This document shows positions 57,315 through 64,000 of a stretch of 64,000 nucleotides of DNA, piece by piece. Origin of the DNA: an uncultured bacterium (GTDB lineage Bacteria; Patescibacteriota; Microgenomatia; Levybacterales; UBA12049); assembly GCA_963826535.1 (NCBI GenBank), contig CAWGXL010000001.1:78336-142335 (forward strand), written 5' to 3'. The position numbers and the translations under genes are program-made. Each line of letters begins with the position of its first letter. Position 1 is the stretch's first letter. The notes under the pieces were generated by a model that ran no database searches, was not told the origin of the DNA, and saw only the letters and a list, made by a program, of their open reading frames with translations.

Positions 57315-58796
57315 TTAGTTTTTATTATACATCTCTTTAATAATTTTTACCACACCTTCATTCGCATCCACCTCCACCAAATCCCCATCCCTCAAAACTT
57401 TAGTAGCAATTTTCGTGCCCACTATGCAAGGTTTTCTTAACTCGCGGCTGACAATAGCCGCATGGGAAGTCAATCCTCCCGTGTCTGTAATCACCGCCAT
57501 TGATCTTTTCATAATAAATACATACTCGGGAGTGGTCATTGGAGCTACCAAAATACTATTCTCTCGGAAATGATCCGCGTCTTTTGGATCTAAGATTACC
57601 TGAACAAAACCGGTCAGCTTGGACACACTACCGCGACTTGCGACTACCCCTCTCAATTCAGTGATATTTTGACCGGCCTTTTCCTCCGAATAAAGACTCC
57701 AGTAATTTTCTGCTTGATCCAGCATAATTTCTGTCACAGCTCCATCAGCGCACAGGAAACCAAAAGCTCTTCTTCTGCGATCAAGAAGAGAAGTTACGTC
57801 TTGTTTCTTATTGATTATTCGTTCAATCTCTAATTCTCGAAGATTTAAAAGATCATCTTTCTTGTACTTATAGCGGCGGCAAACTTCGTTCAGCATCAGA
57901 TTCTTATAATGAAGATATATCCAAACTTCTCTCTTGCGTGCGTCTTGCCATTCAATTCCGGCCACAATCGCTGCGGCCATTGCCGTAATTCTTTGGGGAA
58001 GCTTATATTTCTCTGTCAGGGCAATTTTCCTCTCCTTTGTATGTGCTCGCTTCTCTTCAAATTCTGCTCTCGGAGATGCCCCTTGCTCTCTCTTTTTCCT
58101 GGAAAAGTAATCAACATCAACTATTTCCACTCCGTCGTAACTATTTTTCAACCAAAAATATTTTTTTTGGTGCCCTAGAATATCATTGGTTTCAGCCAAA
58201 TCTATTTCCTCCTCCTGATAAAAAGAAGGCTTTTCAGGTGCGGTCAACACTTCCATCATATGCTGCCGCTCCTTATCATTGGAAGTGAAAGCTTTCAATT
58301 CTTCCTCCAGAATAGGCAAAGAGCCATAATTTCCGAGCTCCGGCACTGTCACATATATCCAGAAGTTAATAGTCAGTACATGAAAACTATGCCAGAGACG
58401 TGCGAATTCCGTTTGAGTTAGTTGGGGTAAATGTAATCGTTCAATCTTCTGTTCGGCCCTATGTAATTTCTTCAGATGTTGAATATAATTTCTATACAAT
58501 CCTCTGCGTTTCTTGGTTGGAAGCATATATTTCAGGAACACGCTCCCGCCGTATCGATGCATATCCCGCCATTCGTTCACAAAGACCATACGCTTATCCC
58601 GATAAAGCGCCAGACCTTTCGGCCATTTCTCACCCTTAAATGCCTTCTGGAAATAATTTCGGTTGAAAATCCCCTCAAGAAAGTCGGCCGTAAAAAATAT
58701 CCGTATCGGGGCAGGCCCCCAACGAAAGAGTTCGGCATTAGGGTCGAGTGGAAAATTCTGTTGTTTCATCTTCATATTTTTATGTACATTATTCAT
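57315..58796 (-). CDS. Stand-alone helical + PEP-utiliser phospho-His module protein
   Basis: APMTTPEY, TDTGGLTSHAAIVSRE, GDLVEVDANEG; no ATP-grasp. Confidence 0.88.
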   Translation of the reverse strand: MNNVHKNMKMKQQNFPLDPNAELFRWGPAPIRIFFTADFLEGIFNRNYFQKAFKGEKWPKGLALYRDKRMVFVNEWRDMHRYGGSVFLKYMLPTKKRRGLYRNYIQHLKKLHRAEQKIERLHLPQLTQTEFARLWHSFHVLTINFWIYVTVPELGNYGSLPILEEELKAFTSNDKERQHMMEVLTAPEKPSFYQEEEIDLAETNDILGHQKKYFWLKNSYDGVEIVDVDYFSRKKREQGASPRAEFEEKRAHTKERKIALTEKYKLPQRITAMAAAIVAGIEWQDARKREVWIYLHYKNLMLNEVCRRYKYKKDDLLNLRELEIERIINKKQDVTSLLDRRRRAFGFLCADGAVTEIMLDQAENYWSLYSEEKAGQNITELRGVVASRGSVSKLTGFVQVILDPKDADHFRENSILVAPMTTPEYVFIMKRSMAVITDTGGLTSHAAIVSRELRKPCIVGTKIATKVLRDGDLVEVDANEGVVKIIKEMYNKN

Positions 58797-58800
58797 CTTG

Positions 58801-61800
58801 CTACAGTATTTTCACCACCCCATGATTCCCTTTTACCTCAACCAAATCCCCATCCTTCAAAACTTTTGTTGCATTTCGTGTCCCTATCACGCAAGGCTTG
58901 CCCATCTCCCGGGCGATAATAGCTGCATGACATGTAATGCCGCCCTCATCAGTCACAAACGCAGCCGCCTTTTTCATAGCCGGCATATACTCTGGCCGCG
59001 TCATCGAAGTAACAAGAATATCTCCTTCTTCGACTTTTGCAAGCGAATTTACAGAGAGACATACTTTCACTCTCCCCACCACATTTCCTAGCGAAGCTGC
59101 CTCTCCATGAAGATCCCCCTGTGTTTTCACTTGCTTTTGTGCAAACATTGGCGCTAGCTGCTCATACAACGCCCCGCTAGCCACATCAACCCGTCCCTTA
59201 GTTTTAAGGTAAAGCCCGCCCTTTCTTCTCTCCGCGAGTATTGGCGCAAGCGCTTTGATCGCAGCCATATTTTGATTTAATTCAAATGGTGTAAGATATC
59301 GTAGTAAATTTATAGAAATATTAACCCTCCTGGAAAGCTCTTCCAATAACAGGTCTAGCCACTCTATAGCCATCAGAATATTCTTTTTCCGCTCGTCCTG
59401 CCAGAGGGTCAAAAACTCAAGCGCCTCAAGCTGCACACCCAGTTCTTTTGGTAGTCCAAGTTTTTTAAGCAGCAAACCTTTCTGCTTCAGCAGATTAGTA
59501 TTGATAGATTTTTCATGTTTAATTTCATTTGCTTCTTTTAAAACATCATCGTATGTAAGAGGTTTTCTTCCCAAATATGAATTACGAAGCCAATAATAAT
59601 TTTTCAAATAATTTTTAATTAGAATATCAGGATCTTTGGCAGATGCAATCCTAACCAAATCATCATATGCCTCTTGCGCGAATGATTTTGCTAGGGGAGT
59701 AGTGAGAAGTACAAATGCCGCGTTTAGTTTCTTGGAATCTTCAATGTATTTCCTAAGCTCTGCTTTAATTTTTTTATCCGCGACAAGTACAAAAGGCTCA
59801 ATTATGTGGCTTATACAAACGCTATCACTCATTGCCCTCGAGCTTTCTCGCAAGAGGCTTAGAAACTCGCCATCACTCAAGGGAATTAATGCTGTTTTTT
59901 GAATTTTTGTAAATAATCGCTGCGATTTTTGCATAATGAGCTCATGCTTTTTCTTTATGCCCACAAAATAATTAGGGTTTTGTTTAAGTTTCGCCAAAAG
60001 TTCATTAGCCATTCGTTTCAGATCTGCCATTCTATATAACATATACCCGTAATCGTCTTTTATATCAAACACGAAACACGTATACGCTATTCCTGCAAAA
60101 TCAGCTGCTGAGAGAATAAGAAGTGGAGTCACGTTCAACCCCTGCGGATACCACCGTTCGGCAGACAACACTTTCATAGTCCGAACTATTTCTTCATTAC
60201 CCGAACCTTTCTTGCGCGCGTCACTCGCCCTCTCCAAAACCCTCACAGCCCCCGCATCCGCATCCACTTCCACCAAATCCCCATCTTTCAAAACCTGAGT
60301 CGCGATCTTCGTGCCAATAATACAAGGCTTTCTCATTTCGCGGGCAATAATGGCTGCGTGACTTATCACACCCCCTTCGTCAGTTACAAAAGCAGCCGCT
60401 TTTTCCATAGCTGCTGTAAAATTGGGCGTCGTCATAGTCGCAACAAGAATATCACCCTTTCCAACCCGCATACTGTCCTCATTTGTCAAAACGATTTTTG
60501 CCAGACCGCGCACAACCCCTTTGCATGCCACCAAACCGGTAATCTCATTGACAGATTTTTTGCTCCTGTTAAAAACACTCCGTTTTTGTACATACCTACG
60601 CGCATCTTCTCCCGCCACCAAGATTACTTTTTCACCAAAATAAATTAGTGACTCTTTTTTTCTATCTCCGAGCTTGCTCTGAATATCAAACTTACCGTGC
60701 AGTGCATCCCTAACCTCAAGCGGCGAAAAGTAGAGCAAATCATGGTATGATACCCCAAGATGTCTTGCCGCAGATACTAGAAATGGTTTGAAGATTGCCG
60801 ATGCATGATTGAAAAAATCTGCCCGTTCAGTTCGAAGAAAAACAATAGTTCGGATCTGCTTGGCCAACATTCTTTCTTCATTCGTAAATCGTTTTATAAG
60901 TTGGCCTATTCTCCTTTCTCTTTCATGTCGTCTTTTACTTCTTTCAGTAAACGCTTGTAGGGCTTTATCTCGTGCCTGGCTTTCAAGCCGCTGGAGCACA
61001 TCTTCCTTACTCCACCAATCTCCTATAAAAAAACGGATTGCCAACCAACCGTATTTATCTGCATGTTTCGCTGCAAGCCTCTGCTTTTCCTTCTCGGTTT
61101 TAAATTTGTGAATCGCCAGTTTCAAAAAATCTTCTTGTTCTTTGTCTGTAGCCGTTAATTGATTCGGATTTGTAAGTAATTCCAAAACGATATTTTTTTC
61201 TTCCTCGCTCTTAGAATATTTTTCAGCTAATTCTCTTGTAATTTCCATTTCCGGTTTCTCAAAAAACGCGATAGAATAATAAACGCAGTAATCTTTCGCC
61301 TGTTCATAAAATTTTGCGATTACTTCACCTGAAACCCTTTTTTCTAAATCCCCTGAGAAACTTTTTCTCAAATCCCCTGCGAACTTAACCAAGTTATTGC
61401 CGGAAATTATACAGTCCGTTAGAATAGTATTAATATAATCAATATTCTCGCGCTTAATTTTTTCTTTTACGCGTGCGGTAAAATCATCAATATCCGATTT
61501 AACATTGAAAAAATCGTAATTATGTTTTTCAGAATCAGAGGTACGTACAAACCACCTGACAGGCTTATTCAGCTTGAATTTCTTTATAAGACCCGCTTCA
61601 TCAATTAATCCGCCTACAACAATAGCCGAAGCAAAATAAGGCTCAATTCTCTGACCGAAATAAACAATATCTTCATTTTTCACATCTGGAATCTCATTCA
61701 ATACCTTTGCGCCAGCCTCACCACCGTCAGCCCTCTCCAGTAACCTCACCACACCTTCGTCAGCATCCACTTCCACCAAATCACCGTCATGCAAAACCTT

Positions 61801-64000
61801 TGTAGCAATCTTTGTGCCGAGGATACATGGAATACCAAGCTCTCTCGAAACAATGGCTGCATGGGAAGTAAGCCCTCCTTCATCTGTCACAAAAGCCCCC
61901 GCTATCTTCATAGCCGGAGTCATTTCCGGACGCGTCATTGATGAAACGAGAACATCCCCGGAGGATACTTTACCTATGTCATTACTTTTCAAGACAATCT
62001 TCACTCTTCCTTGCATCTTTCCTGTTTGCGCTACAATTCCACTAAATGTTTCCACTACTTTCACATCTTCCTGGAGATGATTATAGAAAAAATATGCTCC
62101 GTCGCCGGAAAGAATAACCTTTTCCTCTTTACTTTCCACCGCGACTATCATCTTTTTGCGCTTTTCAATTTCTTGCTCTGACAAAAAAGTATGAGTCTTT
62201 ATTGCTTTAGATATTTCTCCCCAAGAGTAGAACCAAAGATGCGATAATGGCTCCCTAAACTTTTGACTCACCTTTTCTAAGAAAAGCTTATGATAATGAT
62301 TTGCGCGAAGAACAAATGCTTTTCGCACGTCCTGCATTTCTGCAAACTTCTCTACAATTCCTATATATTCTTTCAGTAATAACGACGGATGATATTTTTT
62401 AAACAAATCTTCTTTTTTTCGCTTAGTGTTCTCTGGGGCAGTTTCAAGTTCATATACTTTTACTTTTATTTCAGCTTCCGGCAACCTTGCGGTTTTAAAC
62501 ACTTTCTCCCTGAAGAAATCTTCGTCAAGCACTTGAATGTCAGCATAGTTATTCTGTATCCAAAACCACTTTTGTTGATGCTTCAGAAGTAGTTTATCAA
62601 AATGAGATGTTTTAGATTGAATCGCTAGATCCAAGCGATCAATTTCCTCTTGAGTAATAAATGAATGCACAACCGGCGAAGTAAGCAGCGCTGCTGTTGC
62701 ATTATAATCCAGGCCATATTTTTTCACATACGCTTCAAGCTCAGGTGTGATCCACTGTTCCGGCTGAAAGCCGCATGCTTCCTGTATGGCACAAGCCAGC
62801 GCATACTCAAAAATATATTCTTCCACAAAATCCTGATAAGCGCTCAAAATGACTGGGAAATTATCCGCCGCAAGCGCAGACTCAAGTACGCTTATCTTTC
62901 CATTGAGCCGCTGACACGAATCCCGCCAGTCATGATAGTGTTTTTGAAGATAATTTTTATTTTTCTTGAGATTTGCAAAATAATGATTACGTAGCTTAGT
63001 AAATTCATCGGGCAGGTAGTAAATATCCCAATAATCATTTTGCAGAGCAGAAATGTGCAGTTTATAATAAAAACCGGAATAATCTCCCCACTTGTTCCAT
63101 AACAATTGAACAAAATCAGCTGGATAAAATGTTGCATGAAGACCCTTGTGAATTAATGGCGGATGAATATCATATTTTGCAATTAGATATCTTTCTATTT
63201 TTTGAGACGTAGTATCTGCATTCTCATGCGTATCCTTTTTAAGCGTCGTAATCGGCCTGCTCTGTGTGATATAAAACTTCCCTTTTTCAAAAGCCCACTC
63301 AATATCACAGGGAAATCCATAATGCTTTTCAATCTTCAAGATAAGCTCAGTCAGTTCAAGAATTTGCCCATCTGTGAGTTTTTGCTGGCTTCCTTTTTCA
63401 GGAAGAATAGATTGCCATTGGTTATTTGATTGTTTAGAGTTCTGGATTCCCGCCTCCGCGGGAATTACGGAAGAGGAACGATAAAGTCCTCGCTCTTGTG
63501 TCACAACATGTCTTTCAATAACTCTTCGAGGGTTTTTCTCGACCACATATGAGTCAGGTGTGATCTGTCCGGATACAATTGCCTCACCCAATCCGTACCC
63601 TGCCTCAATGATAAGCTGGTTTCGGTCTTCCGTAACCGGGTGAACTGAAAATGCAATGCCTGACTTTTCGCTTTGTATCATCTTTTGTACCACAACTGCA
63701 ACAGATATTTTCTGCGAGTGGAGTTGTTTTTCAAATCTATAAAAAATTGCCCGGGGTGTAAAAAGTGAAGCCCAGCATTTTTGTACATTGATAAGTAGAG
63801 TTTTATCTGTCGTGTTAAGAAAACTATCCAGTTGTCCGGCCCATGCCGCAGAACTTGAGTCTTCCGCTGTTGCAGAAGAACGAACAGCCACATATTCAGC
63901 TCCCAGTTTTCTAAATTCTTGTACTATCTCCCTTGCAATCTGATCCGGCATCTTTGCGCTTTGTATTAAAGCCTGGATTTTCTCAGATGCATATTCAACC
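58801..64000 (-). CDS. PEP-synthase/RPH-like ATP-grasp domain + three tandem helical/phospho-His modules; start lies beyond the window
   Basis: VAVRSSATAED, AGQLDSFLN, VVVQKM, GLGEAIVSG, DIEWA, QSRPIT; three GGxxxHAAI motifs; frame open to 64000. Confidence 0.92.
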   Translation of the reverse strand, partial: VEYASEKIQALIQSAKMPDQIAREIVQEFRKLGAEYVAVRSSATAEDSSSAAWAGQLDSFLNTTDKTLLINVQKCWASLFTPRAIFYRFEKQLHSQKISVAVVVQKMIQSEKSGIAFSVHPVTEDRNQLIIEAGYGLGEAIVSGQITPDSYVVEKNPRRVIERHVVTQERGLYRSSSVIPAEAGIQNSKQSNNQWQSILPEKGSQQKLTDGQILELTELILKIEKHYGFPCDIEWAFEKGKFYITQSRPITTLKKDTHENADTTSQKIERYLIAKYDIHPPLIHKGLHATFYPADFVQLLWNKWGDYSGFYYKLHISALQNDYWDIYYLPDEFTKLRNHYFANLKKNKNYLQKHYHDWRDSCQRLNGKISVLESALAADNFPVILSAYQDFVEEYIFEYALACAIQEACGFQPEQWITPELEAYVKKYGLDYNATAALLTSPVVHSFITQEEIDRLDLAIQSKTSHFDKLLLKHQQKWFWIQNNYADIQVLDEDFFREKVFKTARLPEAEIKVKVYELETAPENTKRKKEDLFKKYHPSLLLKEYIGIVEKFAEMQDVRKAFVLRANHYHKLFLEKVSQKFREPLSHLWFYSWGEISKAIKTHTFLSEQEIEKRKKMIVAVESKEEKVILSGDGAYFFYNHLQEDVKVVETFSGIVAQTGKMQGRVKIVLKSNDIGKVSSGDVLVSSMTRPEMTPAMKIAGAFVTDEGGLTSHAAIVSRELGIPCILGTKIATKVLHDGDLVEVDADEGVVRLLERADGGEAGAKVLNEIPDVKNEDIVYFGQRIEPYFASAIVVGGLIDEAGLIKKFKLNKPVRWFVRTSDSEKHNYDFFNVKSDIDDFTARVKEKIKRENIDYINTILTDCIISGNNLVKFAGDLRKSFSGDLEKRVSGEVIAKFYEQAKDYCVYYSIAFFEKPEMEITRELAEKYSKSEEEKNIVLELLTNPNQLTATDKEQEDFLKLAIHKFKTEKEKQRLAAKHADKYGWLAIRFFIGDWWSKEDVLQRLESQARDKALQAFTERSKRRHERERRIGQLIKRFTNEERMLAKQIRTIVFLRTERADFFNHASAIFKPFLVSAARHLGVSYHDLLYFSPLEVRDALHGKFDIQSKLGDRKKESLIYFGEKVILVAGEDARRYVQKRSVFNRSKKSVNEITGLVACKGVVRGLAKIVLTNEDSMRVGKGDILVATMTTPNFTAAMEKAAAFVTDEGGVISHAAIIAREMRKPCIIGTKIATQVLKDGDLVEVDADAGAVRVLERASDARKKGSGNEEIVRTMKVLSAERWYPQGLNVTPLLILSAADFAGIAYTCFVFDIKDDYGYMLYRMADLKRMANELLAKLKQNPNYFVGIKKKHELIMQKSQRLFTKIQKTALIPLSDGEFLSLLRESSRAMSDSVCISHIIEPFVLVADKKIKAELRKYIEDSKKLNAAFVLLTTPLAKSFAQEAYDDLVRIASAKDPDILIKNYLKNYYWLRNSYLGRKPLTYDDVLKEANEIKHEKSINTNLLKQKGLLLKKLGLPKELGVQLEALEFLTLWQDERKKNILMAIEWLDLLLEELSRRVNISINLLRYLTPFELNQNMAAIKALAPILAERRKGGLYLKTKGRVDVASGALYEQLAPMFAQKQVKTQGDLHGEAASLGNVVGRVKVCLSVNSLAKVEEGDILVTSMTRPEYMPAMKKAAAFVTDEGGITCHAAIIAREMGKPCVIGTRNATKVLKDGDLVEVKGNHGVVKIL
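63442..63468 (-). repeat. dRS3-like palindrome inserted in-frame in the ATP-grasp domain (VIPAEAGIQ)
   Basis: Reverse complement GTAATTCCCGCGGAGGCGGGAATCCAG matches 40654-40680. Confidence 0.85.

Noticed and set aside
1498-63893. Many 60-147 aa ORFs antisense to or nested in confident genes
   Set aside because: Shadow frames with no motifs.
1-64000. CRISPR array, integrase, transposase, reverse transcriptase, prophage or rRNA
   Set aside because: No repeat-spacer periodicity or diagnostic motifs seen; heptamer arrays have no spacers.
58801-64000. Calling the giant gene ppsA or ppdK
   Set aside because: No C-terminal pyruvate-binding barrel; triple His modules.

Overview
AT-rich bacterial chromosome segment. 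Gene content (reduced trigger factor and PheT, type IV pilus cluster without secretin, near absence of Shine-Dalgarno sites) suggests a Patescibacteria/CPR genome, probably Microgenomates; this is an inference. Core genes: type IV pilin cluster, rpsP-khpA-trmD, five tRNAs, tig, thrS-infC-rpmI-rplT, pheST, a class A PBP, tyrS and recG, interleaved with accessory blocks. Best leads: (1) an operon-like block with a giant PEP-synthase-like ATP-grasp protein carrying three tandem helical-plus-phospho-His modules, two further stand-alone modules, a divergent transcarbamylase and an amidohydrolase; (2) an asparagine synthetase fused to a PvcA/Dit1-like domain; (3) a membrane-tethered HTH/amino-acid-binding regulator and a bipartite operator found twice with identical spacing; (4) a CiaR-like three-box regulon around an OmpR two-component system; (5) small palindromes and heptamer arrays inserted in-frame into housekeeping proteins; (6) a VapBC cassette flanked by a duplicated rplT 3' end; (7) archaeal-type pantoate kinase and phosphopantothenate synthetase; (8) an unannotated structured RNA candidate. 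All calls come from reading motifs by eye; no database searches were run.
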